In this document: piece by piece, positions 23,738 through 36,836 of the stretch
How the letters are laid out: the number at the start of each line of letters is the position of its first letter
Numbering within the stretch: the first letter of the stretch is position 1
Assembly (NCBI RefSeq): GCF_001194135.2
Contig: NC_068983.1
Location: 67,836,578-67,899,123, forward strand
Origin: Octopus bimaculoides
Lineage: Eukaryota
Reading direction: 5' to 3'
Length of the DNA: 62,546 nt
Notes under the pieces: generated by a model
Seen by the model: the letters and a program-made list of their open reading frames with translations, nothing else
What the model was told of the DNA's origin: nothing
Databases searched by the model: none
Position numbers and translations under genes: made by a program

Positions 23738-25949
23738 TATGCCGGAGACCATTTAAACTCATTCCCCATTACTAAATCTGAAAATTCCTTTGCTATATGT
23801 GATGAAACAGAAAAACAAAATGTTTATGAATCGTATTGTTATGTGATCAAAAATATGATGAAAGAAAACTATTTTTGCTGATTTCTAAAAGGTGAGAGAA
23901 AAAGGTAAAATCTGAATAATCACACTTTCATATCACAGCCATTTGAAGAGTTCGATGTGAGACATGAAATGAAAGCCAAAGATGAGAAGCAGATAGAAGT
24001 TGTATGTGGGAGGTAAAAAAATTAGCCATTGGCAACAATACGTGAGGGGAAAAAAAGCAAATTAAGTAAAGGGCTCAAGAAGCTATTTCTTTAATCATTC
24101 GAAGCGTATTTTGTCATAAATCTATTGTGATGCTTGAAATGGGCGACTCTGTGCATTGATGGAAAAATATATGGTTAGACTCTATCTGTAACTTTACAAG
24201 TCTTCCACTAGCAGAAAGTCTACCTAAAATTTGGGATGATAATGTGATACTTGTAAATGATGTGGAGTTTGAAGCAGTGATAAGGGATGATGTGGTTGAG
24301 TATAACATGGAGCTGATGTTCTTAGAACAAAAGCAAGTTGAAAATATAGATAAGAATACGGAAATACCACCAACACACCAGGGTTGGCTGTAAAATATTT
24401 GCTACAGGCTTGTCACTTATACAGGAAGGTCTTCAAATTTTTACTGATAACAAACATATTGGTGAACGTAACACAAAGAAATTACAAGATTTTGCAGTGA
24501 CTTCAGTTCCCATACCAAGCTGTACGATTGGATGAAGCACCATAAACATCAAGTAAGCTGTTGATGATGATAATCTATAAGATAGAAGATTGTGTCCCTC
24601 ATCCTCCTAGAGACTCTTATTCAAAATAATATAAAGGAATACACGACAGGGTATAGAAAATTATATCTTCACAAAAAGGTACAGAAAGCAGATATGATCA
24701 GAATTTCTTCTCTTGGTGTGATTAACATTAGATGCTCCTTTCTCTCGTGAAACAACAAACACTTTTCTAAAATGAATTTTCATGAACTTGATGGTTAACT
24801 CTTTGTAGTTTTGGCAGTAGAGTGCAAAAAATGTTGTCGTTTAACATATGCATTATTCTTGAAACTAAAAATCGCTCAAGTAATTTTCTTTGCAATTAGA
24901 ACAAACGTCAATTTCCTCAGAGGAATCACAATTTTTTCTTGTATTTCGCTCGTATTTCAGGTAATTTATCGGTTGTACACAGCACCATTCGTACATTGAC
25001 ACACATTATTCCTTTTCGTCAGATCATCGCACCATATTCTAAACATTTCAAATTTGAATACCCTTTTTATATATTTGATCTTTACATATAATTCGAGGTG
25101 ATTTTGTAATTCAACATAAAAACAAATTCCATGCCTACAAATGTGTAACTGTTCATCACATACATCTAACTTCAGTATAAATAAACTGCATGGACAGAAA
25201 GATAAGCACGGATAAAACTACATGTATTTAATGAATAAAATCACATAGAAAACGTAAAGTAATTGCAAGTTTCTTTCAGGATTTTCCACTACTTTGTGTT
25301 GCATGCTATAAACAAATAAATGGCTATAATTTAAAAAAAAAAGATAAGTGTGAGTACACTAAACAAAGAAGGATTTTATACACTCGTTTAAATGAGAAAA
25401 AGTCCGTCTGCTTAGTGTCTGAGCATAACAAAATAAAAGCAGGGAAGAAGTTACAAACTAATTTCTGTATATATGCAAGTGAAGCTTATTTATAACGAAA
25501 TTGACAGGGTATCAAAAAAAAAACTATAATAGTTGTATGTAGATGATTTGATATTCATTTTAGTGTCCTTTCTTTGCCTGATTATACTGGAAAATGTTAA
25601 TAGTATAAATAAACATCATCTGAATTTCAAAATCACAAAAATAATACTAAAATTTGTCAGTATCAAATACTATTTTTAGCATGTTCTATTCGAAAGAAGT
25701 AGTAAGGGATCGAATAAGGTACATGAGATGAATATGCTCGACTTAACTGCCATATGGATCATCATCACTATAAAGATACCATTAAAACGAATAATATTTT
25801 TAAAAGTGCTTCCACCTGAACGGAAATGAAAAGCAAATCTACCTTTAATGAATTTCTTTAAAATCAAAGAGAAGTCTTTCTTTATATAGCTTTAAAATAA
25901 TTATTATTATACCACAAATAGTACGATAGTACCAAACATTGAAAAATTG

Positions 25950-26300
25950 ACTAAGATAAATGAAAAACTAAGCTAAATAATAGGGGAAGTGGAAAAAAGC
26001 ATTAGATTATTATGATCAGTTACCACAAGGCATTATCTCAACTGAGCGCTACTACATTAACCGATTTTATGAACCAATCAATTTCGTTATCAACAATGAA
26101 GGAATCTCCATATCTTTATATAGTAACAAGTGACTATAGTTTACCAAGAAGTTATTATAGACACCATCAAAATTAAGCTTGAAGAAATAAAATCTATATC
26201 AGTTTGTATGAAACTGGCAAGTTATCTTTTCTACATTAAGCCGAACGTTAATGAAACACTTAAAGAAAGTTACAAACTCTAAGCAAATTTAGAGAAACAA
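25950..26300 (+). pseudogene. Possible very decayed CR1/L2-like RT remnant
   Basis: LPQGIIS and later KPNVNET resemble PQGS.L and xLNxxKT; weak. Confidence 0.25.
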
Positions 26301-26989
26301 GATGAAACGCAAATAATTGTAAAAGTCGTGTAATCGGCGCAGCTGCTCAAATAACATTAAAAAAACAGCGCAAGAATCAAATAAAACAAAACAAGGGAGT
26401 AAATCATGTAAACTAATCTGGAAATAGAAAATACGAAAATATATCACGAGAAAAAAGATGATATAACAACAATGCACGATATCTAAATAAAAAAAAATAT
26501 TGATAAATTTATATAATAATTTCAAAAAGAAAATGCATTACTCCTAAAATGAAATGATACACAATTAAAGAATTATATGCAATGTAAATGATAAACTGAA
26601 TCAACAAGACCAAGCAGACAATTATAAAACACGGCGGTTTGAGAAAATAAGGATACGCTAAAAAATAACACAAATATCAATAATCACTTCAAACATATTC
26701 ATCGATTTCAAAAACCATTGTTAGACTCACTGTCCTAAAAACTGTTAATCGATGAAAGAATTGTAAAAAAAAAAAAAGATAATTCTGAAGAAGATATCTT
26801 GACATCTGTGTGGCTCTCTTTTTTGAAATAACCTTTTTTTACATATATATTTTGGTAATTATTGATAACATAAGCTTGAAGAGGGTTAGAGTACATGTGA
26901 TTGATCTGGGATTTGGAAACTTTGCTGTATCATTGTTTTAATTTACATGGAATGCGATGAAAATGGCATATCATATGAAATAGATCACT

Positions 26990-27030
26990 GTCATCATCCC
27001 AATCATCATCAAAATCAACAAAATCATCAC

Positions 27031-27072
<42 letters not shown>
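26990..27072. repeat. (CAT)n microsatellite
   Basis: Read directly. Confidence 0.9.
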
Positions 27073-27214
27073 TAAACGTACCCACATTCTTAAAACATAG
27101 CCTAACTGTCGAAGCTAAAAACTCCTGCCCAATGGCCTGACAAAACATTATGTATAAGATGCATACTGGGTGCCTCAATCTTTTCTACAGTATCACTAGT
27201 GCCACTAACTATAA

Positions 27215-27600
27215 CTCCTAAAAGGCAGGGAAAAAGAAGGATGTATGGGACTGTATTGATCCTCTACTAATTAATAAAATGATGCAAGAAAGAACTATAA
27301 ATTACCGACGAAACTTGGCTATTGCGTGGCTGGACTACCAAAAGGCCTTTCAGAGTATAACTCATGGGTGGATTATCAAAGCAGTGCAATTAACCAAAGT
27401 TGCATCACCACTTGTAGTTGCTATGCATTGCCTAACAAAACCTAGAACATCTTCCAACTTCGTAGAGGCCATAATGAACAAAATAGTGTATAGTACCAAA
27501 TCTGATACTTTACGCTATCGAAAAGGCATCAGCAAGGTTTGTCTGTACTGTTCTTTATTCTCTCAATAATTTTTCTATCTTGCATGATCTAGCTGCTACA
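27215..27600 (+). pseudogene. RLE-clade (R4/Dong/NeSL-like) LINE RT fragment
   Basis: GCMG.IDPLLINKMMQE...RRNLAIAWLDYQKAFQSITHGWI (RT motif WxDYxKAFDSxxHxWI). Confidence 0.8.
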
Positions 27601-29639
27601 GGAATTGATCCAATAACTTATTTCACCTTACAGTTTAGCGAAGTTTTTGTGGTAGTTTTGCGGCGATAGTGACCTGACACTGAGATGTCATTTGTAGCTG
27701 TGGTGAGAGACAGCGGCATTGTATTAAGGCCGAGGTGGTTGGTTGGTAGGTTGGAGAGATAAATGGATGAATAAATGAATAGAATGATGGATGGAAATGT
27801 TGATGTAGCGATGCTAGTTTGTATTGTATTTGGGGCGGGGTTTGGTTTTGCAATGCAGCGGAGATCTGTTTGTCGTGTTATGATATTGTGGTCGAAGTGT
27901 GGATTCAGTATTGTGTTTTTGGCTTTAGTAATGATATGCTGGCAGTGGTCGAGATGTAGAAAGAAATTAGAACTGAAGAACTTTAATTTATTGATTAATT
28001 TCCGGAATCCACTTCAGTATAAATACAGCTTTGGCTACTTAATTATAGTTTAATGTCTCCCACGACACCCATCATCTAGCGCCATCCAAAATAGAAGTGG
28101 CTATTTGTCTACAATGACATGTAACAACATTTTCTAATGTGCTCACAAGCTAATTAGCAATGTTAATTAATGATTTTACAGTGAAATCAATCTATCGTAA
28201 CTCAATAGTTAAGAAGCTATAAATAAGTGGAGGTTTGTCAACACTATGATGTTAAAGAATAACCTATCAGGGTTCGATATAAGAGGTTTCTTGCTGCACA
28301 TTTGCCAGTTTTTTCTCTTCTTGTCTTGCCTTTTTTTTGAAAACACATTTTCTCAATTTCTTTAACTTTTATGAATGGTACGATATTTCCATATATCTTT
28401 ATGAATATTTATAACTTCAAGCTACGAACTCAACTGCAGACTGCAATTATATCATTCCACTTACATCGTTAATGTCCCTGATAAAAGTGTAGACAATGTA
28501 ACTAACATTTCACTTTCAAAAATCTCGAAATTAAAGTCTATTGGGAGAAAGTAATTAGGAAGTCATTTTAGTATCATGTCTCTGAGTCTGATAAATTTTG
28601 AGGGAAGTAGATATGGAAGATGAAATTAAGGTTAACGTGACCCATTAACCTTTAATAGTTATTTGATGGCCACTGAATACTTCATCTTCACGCTATTGAT
28701 TATTATCCTTACTACAGATTTCAAGAAAACAAATGAAATAGCTCAACTAAAAATGAAAGTTATGGTGCCAAACTTGTCTTTGCTAAAATATTAATCAATA
28801 TTCTAAGTCGACAACAAAAAGAATGTATATTTATCTGAAGTAAATATACGTAATCTACAAGCGTTTTCGTATCGGGATATCACATCGGAACACTGAATTA
28901 TAAGAATCTGGCGGGTATGTTAAGGCGTTGACGACAGAAACATTAGTCTAGATAGAAAACTGATTGTGAATATGAAATAGATTGCTTTCTAGAAATGACT
29001 GCGTGACGTGATCAATTGAACTAGTTGAGAAGCTGGTATTGCGCCGCCTCTTTGATGTTGCGATACATTTGCTAAGCGACCATTAAAAAAAAACACTCCT
29101 GACACCTCTAGACTGAACGGTCAACCCTAAGAATTACTTTCGTTAGTGCCATACTTGTTTGAGATCTTCATGGTCGGTGCTTATTGTAAGCAATATACAC
29201 ATATACAAGTAATGCACATCACTCCGGCATACAAGAACAAACATTTTACATTTATTTGGGGTGGGGAGTTTTTTTGCTTATTCAGTAGGCAGGGCAGCAC
29301 CTGTTACTCTTTCTCTGGGGCTTTGAGTGTAGGGAGATTGCGGAAGGAAAGCTTCCTCAAGCCGGAGGCCTAGTTAGAATGCTTACAGCAGGTTGAACTC
29401 CTAAGCAATTACTCAAAGACCGTGGTATTAAACCGAACGGTGGATTAAGTCTCAAAGAATTATAAGTCATATCGATTATTCACATATTCGTCTATTCTCA
29501 CAGACATCAACACGTACCCACACAATCATATATGTACCCTCACATGGCAATATATGTACATGTGAAGGTCAGTTTTGTAAGTAATTGTAAGAGAAAAACA
29601 CACGGACGGAGTAAAATAATAAATTAATATTAGTATTAG

Positions 29640-29744
29640 ATACGGCGATGAGCTAGCAGAAACGCTAGAACACCTAGCAAAATGTTTTGCGGCATTTCGT
29701 CCGTCATTATGTTCTGAGTTCAAATTCCGCCGAGGTTCTTTCAT
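29640..29744 (+). mobile_element. SINE family A 5' half
   Basis: GGCGATGAGCTAGCAGAAACG...TTCTGAGTTCAAATTCCGCCGAGG; joins LINE sequence directly. Confidence 0.8.
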
Positions 29745-30165
29745 ATCAAAACTAATCATCTTCTCTAACATAAGAAACCAGTTATCTTTGTGTTTGAGAA
29801 GAGGGCATGGACTTGCTACATAGCTAATGTGGCCTGTCCATTTGATACAATAATAAAAGAGAACAAGGAAGATATATACCAGGACTTGAAGAGAGAGATA
29901 AGCAGGATTCAGAAAAACTGAGGTCATACCAATTATCACTGGAGTTTAGAGTCAACGGGAAGAGGATCAAGGAGTGGACAGACAACACTGACTTGCAGAA
30001 GTATATAAAACACATGCAACTCACCTGATTATTAGGAACGGCCACTCGAAATTTCTTGGATACATGAGGTCACAGGTGGTGACTTGTTATCCAAGAGAAG
30101 AGTAAACCCAATTTAATTCCATCATAGGCGTGAGACACAAAAAGCATTTCAAATAATAATAACAA
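29745..30165 (+). pseudogene. RLE-clade LINE 3' end (restriction-like endonuclease remnant plus 3' UTR)
   Basis: KPVIFVFEKRAWTCYIANVACPFD...YQDLKREISRI...EVIPIITG; ends in AAATAATAATAAC. Confidence 0.7.
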
Positions 30166-31649
30166 ACAATTTTACTGAACTATACTGCACATCCCCCTTC
30201 ATCAAACAAGCACTGGAAGTCTTTAGCCCGCAAAAATGATGGATATATGNNNNNNNNNNNNNNNNNNNNNNNNNNNNNNNNNNNNNNNNNNNNNNNNNNN
30301 NNNNNNNNNNNNNNNNNNNNNNNNNNNNNNNNNNNNNNNNNNNNNNNNNNNNNNNNNNNNNNNNNNNNNNNNNNNNNNNNNNNNNNNNNNNNNNNNNNNN
30401 NNNNNNNNNNNNNNNNNNNNNNNNNNNNNNNNNNNNNNNNNNNNNNNNNNNNNNNNNNNNNNNNNNNNNNNNNNNNNNNNNNNNNNNNNNNNNNNNNNNN
30501 NNNNNNNNNNNNNNNNNNNNNNNNNNNNNNNNNNNNNNNNNNNNNNNNNNNNNNNNNNNNNNNNNNNNNNNNNNNNNNNNNNNNNNNNNNNNNNNNNNNN
30601 NNNNNNNNNNNNNNNNNNNNNNNNNNNNNNNNNNNNNNNNNNNNNNNNNNNNNNNNNNNNNNNNNNNNNNNNNNNNNNNNNNNNNNNNNNNNNNNNNNNN
30701 NNNNNNNNNNNNNNNNNNNNNNNNNNNNNNNNNNNNNNNNNNNNNNNNNNNNNNNNNNNNNNNNNNNNNNNNNNNNNNNNNNNNNNNNNNNNNNNNNNNN
30801 NNNNNNNNNNNNNNNNNNNNNNNNNNNNNNNNNNNNNNNNNNNNNNNNNNNNNNNNNNNNNNNNNNNNNNNNNNNNNNNNNNNNNNNNNNNNNNNNNNNN
30901 NNNNNNNNNNNNNNNNNNNNNNNNNNNNNNNNNNNNNNNNNNNNNNNATATATATATATATATATACAGGTATGAGACTGCGTATACGTATATTTGATTA
31001 TATAAACATTTGTAGATATACATAGCCAAAAATTGTTTATGGTTTGTGTATGGTTGTATATCGTTAATTTGATTTCATGTATTTGCCTTCGTAACTGTGT
31101 GTGCAAATATATGAATGTAGTTTGGTGTACCGATGTGCATACTTATATGGTGTTGTGCATAATTACATGAATCGTGTTGTTGAATGTTTATCAATGTATG
31201 TCTACATCTATATATAATTTAGTGTGGTTCGCTGTTTATATGTTTATATATCTAATTTAGTGCAATTTTCAGAATAAAAACAGGTGTCTATGTCTATATG
31301 ATTGTGTTTAGTAAGATGTACGTGTATAAGTATGTTAGTATATGTGTGTGTACGTTTTGTAGTATGCATTTTGTATGTTATATGCATTTCCTGCGACTAA
31401 ATAGAATGCTGTGTAGCTCATAGTGTTCCAATTCAATCATCTGATCTATAGCAGCAGGAATCAACCCGGATAAAGGTTTCTTTGATTCTCTCATAATCAT
31501 TCACGTCACTGTTCAACTGTACAGACTGTCTGTTGTCTACTTCCTTTCTTGACCAAACGACTCTGTCTCAACAAACACGAAACAAAGACGAATTTCAATA
31601 GTGAAAACTAATACAACTACTGTTGCTATACAGGGCTACTGCTACTGGT

Positions 31650-31654
31650 GTTGC

Positions 31655-31695
<41 letters not shown>

Positions 31696-31790
31696 ATGAT
31701 GACGATGATGAGGAGGAGGAGGAGGAAGAGGAGGAGGAGGGGATAACAACAAGGAAAACAACAACAACAAGGAAAACAACAACAACAACG
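31650..31790. repeat. Compound (TGC)n(TGA)n(GAG)n(ACA)n microsatellite
   Basis: Read directly. Confidence 0.95.
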
Positions 31791-31905
31791 ATAACTGTTT
31801 CAAATTTTGGCACAAGGCCAGCAAATTCTGGTGTGGCTGGGTGGGTAAGTGAGTGTTGTGGGGGAGGGTTAGCCGATTACATCAATTCCTGTACTTGACT
31901 GGTAA
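31790..31905 (-). mobile_element. SINE family A 3' half
   Basis: Reverse complement has the CCTTGTGCCAAAATTTGAAAC tail and CCAGTCAAGTACAGG...GATGTAATCG core. Confidence 0.65.
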
Positions 31906-32029
31906 GCACCACGAAAGATGGAACCAAATTGTAACCCTATAGGAGGTTTCTTGGTATCTAAGGTTACTTGTTTTAGCCCGATGTTAGGATTATTTTCTTT
32001 TCCAACAATCTAATCTATTGAGGGTATAT

Positions 32030-32032
32030 GAA

Positions 32033-32101
<69 letters not shown>

Positions 32102-32128
32102 TAATAATAATAATAATAATAATAATGT
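32030..32128. repeat. (AAT)n microsatellite
   Basis: Read directly. Confidence 0.95.
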
Positions 32129-32620
32129 AGTGTACAAATCAAGACATGACAGAGTTGGCCAATATCTACATTGGATAATGTGTCGGCATTATAAAATCAA
32201 AACTGCTGACAAATGGTACCAGTACTACCCTGAGGCTGTAACTGAGGGAGGAAATGTAACTATTCTTTGGGACTTCCCGCTATGTACACACCGGACCATC
32301 AAAGCAAATTAACCAGATATTGTTGTGAAGGACCAAAACAATAACGTCTATTTATTGATTGACACGAACATACCCTGTGACCATAATATCTGGACAAAAG
32401 AATTTGATAACCTCAGAAAATATAAAGATTTGTTAATCGAAAAGATGTGGCACCGCCAGACCGTTACAATACCAGTAATTGTAAGAGTACTTGGAATGAT
32501 AAAAAAAGGAAAATTATTTAAGAATGATCCCTGGCTTACCATCCATGCAGGAAAAAATTGTCTTAACTGATACGTCACATGTATTGAAAAGAGCATTATC
32601 ACTGGGAATTTTCTTTCCTT
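32129..32620 (+). pseudogene. RLE-clade LINE C-terminal fragment 1
   Basis: RHDRVGQYLHWIMCRHYKIKTADKWY...TILWDFP...KAN*PDIVVKD...LLID...KYKDL...TIPVIV..LGMIKKG (RHD and PD..D motifs of the RLE). Confidence 0.9.
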
Positions 32621-32629
32621 TCCCCCATC

Positions 32630-33668
32630 CGCTTTATTTTATTTGTTTACCTTTACCTGCTTGTCAGTTGTTTGACCATAACCAGTTGAGCTGACGATAT
32701 GTGCATCTTTGACCACGAGCAGAAGTAATGGCCATTTGTTGAGAGGAATTCTTTGTGGTTTGAATAATTCACCTTTGGAAACAAAGAAAGACAGATCGAA
32801 GAGAAATCTGCATGGCCAATTTTGGAGAGCCACGGAATGCGTATATGGAACAAAATCCTGGACTTGGTTAAGAAAGGGCAATGAAAAAAAGAAACAGATA
32901 GCCTAATTTTTTCAGCCCAAAATCAAGCGATAAAAACAAACAATTTGAGAGAAAGTATATATGGTGAGAATGTGTCAGAAAAATATAGAACCTGTGGAAC
33001 TTGGAACGAGACACATATTGTGAGAGTATGCCCCCAGTTGGCACAGGATAAATATAAGAAATGGAGGCAAGACCAGGCTGCAAAAATTTTCTAATGGAAA
33101 CTGTGCCAGAAATGGGGATTTGAAGCTGGAAACAAATGGTACAATCATCGATTCGAAAGAGTACTAGAGTCGGAGAAATGTAAGATTTTGGGGGACTTTC
33201 TTCTTCAAACGGACAAGAAGCAAGAAAGTAATAGACCATATATTACGATCATAGATAAAGAAAAGCGAAGTTGCTTACTTATCGACCCATCATGCCCGCT
33301 TGATTCCAGGATCGTAAAGAAAGAGGAAGAAAAACAAAGAAAATACAATCCCTTAAAATTTGAAATAGGAAAAATTTAGAGCATGCGAACAGTAAAGGTC
33401 ATGCCTATAAAAACTGGTGCGTTGAGAACTGTAAACCGAGATATAGACAAATGGCTGAAGGAAATTGAAATAGAATGCCCGGTAGAGCTCCTGCAGAAAG
33501 CTTGCCTCTTAGGGACAGCAAGGATTATCGGGAGGGTTTTAAAAAACTGAAAAACTGCCGAAAATATGTGGATACCTAAGGTTACAGGTAGAAACACGCT
33601 ACCCACATAAATCCCACCAGGAATAAGACCAAACCTGAGCTTTGTTTATAATAATAATAACAATAATC
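32630..33668 (+). pseudogene. RLE-clade LINE 3' fragment 2 (RT end, CCHC remnant, RLE, 3' UTR)
   Basis: NLHGQFWR...SWTWLRKG; KYRTCG..NET.HIV..CPQLA; ILGDFLLQTDKKQESNRPYITIIDK...LLIDPSCP...KYNPLKFEI; LLQKACLLGTARII; ends in (ATA)n. Confidence 0.9.
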
Positions 33669-33669
33669 A

Positions 33670-34438
33670 GAACAAGCATGGGAATGCATCATAATAGCAG
33701 ACCTAAGGATGATACTCACGAAAGCTCATAAGTGGAAATCCCTTGGTAAAAATAGGGTGCCAAATTTCTGGCTCACATCGCTCCCGAGTGCCCATGAAAA
33801 GTTAGTTCAGCTGTTCAATGAAATTATGGGAGATCATTAGAAAACACTGATTGGTCAGTAAATGGTATTACTTATCTAATTCCAAACAATAATGAAACCA
33901 AGATATCAAAAATAAACTATCGGCCCATAACCTGTTTATCTACCACTTATAAAATTTTAACATCCATCCTTGTGGAGAAAACATACGGATTTATGGAACA
34001 GAACGGTACTTTCCCCACTGAGTGCCAATGAGGCTCATATGGATGCAAAGATCAACTCCTAATTAATCGCACGATCCTTGAGAACTGTCATAACATACGC
34101 AGAAATCTCAGTTCTGCATAGATTGTTTATAAAAAGGCCTTTGGCAGCATTCCGTATTCATGGAGCTGGAAATTACTGGTCATCTTCAAAGTCTCTCATG
34201 TAATTTCAAACTTTCTGAAACATAACATGTCAGCGTGGAATACGAATCTCCCAATTATACCACTCTAATGGTGTACTGGCTTCATACAATATTGGCATCA
34301 ACTGTTGCATTTTCCAAGGTGACTCACTTTCAGCTCTAATTTTTTTGCATAGCCTTAATACTCCTTACTAGTGAACTTAACAGAACAGGGTATGGACATA
34401 AAATTGACAATAAGAAAATAAGCCATCTATTTTATATC

Positions 34439-34440
<2 letters not shown>
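33670..34440 (+). pseudogene. RLE-clade LINE RT N-terminal fragment 3
   Basis: NYRPITCLSTTYKILTSI; GSYGCKDQLLIN; YKKAFGSIPYSW; IFQGDSLSAL; KISHLFYID, then breaks into (CAGA)n(TAGA)n. Confidence 0.9.
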
Positions 34441-34536
<96 letters not shown>

Positions 34537-34547
34537 CAGATAGATAG
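34440..34547. repeat. (CAGA)n(TAGA)n microsatellite
   Basis: Read directly. Confidence 0.95.
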
Positions 34548-34645
34548 ATAGAATAAGTCCTGATGTCGATTTGCTCGACTAAAGGCGGTGCTCCAGCATG
34601 GCCGCAGTCAAATGACTGAAACAAGTAAAAGAGTAAAAGAGTATC
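34548..34645 (+). mobile_element. SINE-like repeat family C, 3' part
   Basis: GGCGGTGCTCCAGCATGGCCGCAGTCAAATGACTGAAACAAGTAAAAGA, also at 35405, 54200 (rc), 57568, 57700 (rc). Confidence 0.8.
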
Positions 34646-35404
34646 GGAATGGTAAAACCTATACTTTGGTACAGGGATAAGTTTTAAACCTCCGTAAAAA
34701 AAACGTAACTGCAGCCTATAATTGTGTGCTGATCATTTTATCTCAGCATTGCTGTTGCTCGATCTCCAGAGTTTAACACTGAACATCCACCGCATCAATT
34801 TTACTAAACTTAGTTCCTCCCTCCTCTTGCTAATTAATGGAAAATATTGTTTACATGAGCTCGAGTAATATAAAAACAACATCAAATCCTTTACGAATAT
34901 AATTTCCTTTTTGTTTGTGTATATATTCAATTTAAAAGTTTAAAGACAACCTTAAAGTTTCTATTACTATAGTCATACGTTATACCAGTCGCCCACTAGC
35001 TGGTAAATAGCAAGCGCTATATTTTATTATTGGGTAATTGGAAATATTAGAGGTCTACTGTCTGTCCACTATTTATTCACGGGATATCCACTATACTTTT
35101 AAATTTAAGTAAGCAATCTTTCTTTCATCGCCCCCAACCCTAGAAATCTGTCCTGTTCGTTTATAAATGAAAGTAAAAGAAAATAACGATCATGAACCAA
35201 ATTGATATACGATCTGACAGAGGTTAATTTATTATTTCAAGAAGACTTGTAACTGAATTCTCATTTCAGACGACTAAAAGAAAAACAAATTGTCTCCGAA
35301 GCCAATTCACATGTAAACGGTACTAGAGATTAAATATCGTAATTGTTTTATTCGTGTGACATTTAAAAATCTGAATGAGTTTATAAGGCAATGTCTTGAT
35401 ATTA

Positions 35405-35468
35405 TGGCGGTGTTCCAGCATGGCCGCAGTCAAATGACTAAAACAAGTAAAAGAATAAAAGATTAAAA
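35405..35468 (+). mobile_element. Family C 3' fragment
   Basis: Near-identical to 34585-34640. Confidence 0.8.
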
Positions 35469-35814
35469 GAATAGTTGATACAAATTATAGTTTCGTTCAT
35501 TATATATTCCAGTAAGAGATATAAGATATCTTGTAACAATGGAATAAATAATTTTAAATATAGAGCTAAGCCAACTCACTTCTTTTATTGCATTTGACAG
35601 ATATCTATTGATGTGTATCTATTTGTCTGGTGCCAGGAGGTATGAGGTCAAGTAAGTGATGTCTATCATAGCAGATTAAATTTTGGAGGCTAAGCCAAGT
35701 CAAGTAAGTTACATTTATCAGAGCAGTTTACATGTGAGGTTAAGACAAGTAAATTAGAACTATCATACTAACCAGTGGTCAATTGACAAAAGGAAATAAG
35801 AATTCAGACAAAAA

Positions 35815-36000
35815 ACTCGAAGGCATGGTACTTTGTTGGGTAGTTTGCTTTGTAATCACGTGGTTTCTTGACTCGGTCCCAGTAGGCAGCAATAGGAGCT
35901 AGTAAGCAAACTTAACCAAAAGTCTTCGGTCATTTCATCGGGTTGACCAATGCCTTGCGAGTAAAATTTAGTAAACAAAAACTATGGAACCACACAGTCG
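35815..36000 (+). mobile_element. SINE family B, diverged
   Basis: GGTAGTTTGCTTTGTAATCACGTGGTTTC...GACCAATGCCTTGCGAGTAAAATTTAGTAAAC resembles the reverse complement of 57971-58124. Confidence 0.55.
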
Positions 36001-36738
36001 TATGTGTATATAACTAGCGACTATTATTGATAAGATGAATGCTACCAAAATATCAATTAGTACAATTAAAATTTTTTTTTTCCTGTCGCTTATAATCTTG
36101 GATAACACAGAAAGTATGCAATATCTCATTCGGTATATATATATATATATATATATATACACGCGCGCACACAGAGCCTGCGATGGGTGGTTAATTGACG
36201 CCATTTTATATTATTAATTTCGCGCATGCGCATTGTTTGTTTGTTTTTTATTCTGTCAACTACACAGCATAGTAGGATCAGTTGGGCAACGTCTGTGAGA
36301 AAGACAGTACCATGACGCAATTTACACTGCCAGAAATTTAGAAACTACATGCGGTACTGCTCGGCATTCACACTGGAAGCTCCAATACGAATATTTCAGT
36401 GTTTGAGTGTCAATCTGAGGACAGTGCAATCTGAGGACATGTACCGAGAGTGATACAAATCAAACATCTAGTCAACATCACGGTGTTCGGAGTGATCACT
36501 AATGATGGCGACGTTATGCCCATTAACTTTCCCACACGGTCTCGAACTCAATACGCAGGCCTAAATTAAGTGCGTGGGGGAGGTAGTGCTGCCCTGAGTC
36601 AAGAGGGTAGCTGCTGGAAGACCCTATGTCTGGCAATACGACTCTGTACCATTCCACACAGACAGGAGAACCCAATCATGGTTCATTATTTACATTATTT
36701 ACATTCGACAGATATTTGTCCTCATCTTGTTTGTTGTT

Positions 36739-36784
36739 AACGCAACGTTTCGGCTGATATACCCTCCAGCCTTCTTCAGGTGTC
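36739..36784 (-). ncRNA. Type-I minimal hammerhead (family 1), complete core
   Basis: Sense strand GACAC-CTGAAGA-A-GGCTG(GAGGGTATAT)CAGCC-GAA-ACGT-T-GCGTT; one A-C mismatch in stem I. Confidence 0.75.
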
Positions 36785-36800
36785 TAGTAGAAATTTCGAC

Positions 36801-36836
36801 GAAGGCTAGAGAGTATATCAGCCGAAACGTTGTGTT
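36801..36836 (+). ncRNA. 5'-truncated family 1 hammerhead (no CUGANGA)
   Basis: GAAGGCTAGAGAGTATATCAGCCGAAACGTTGTGTT; supplies an intact GTGTT stem I 3' strand. Confidence 0.6.

Noticed and set aside
23900-24780. Purine-rich stretch with coding-like composition
   Set aside because: Multiple stops in all frames and no motif I can assign; probably an unidentifiable old TE.
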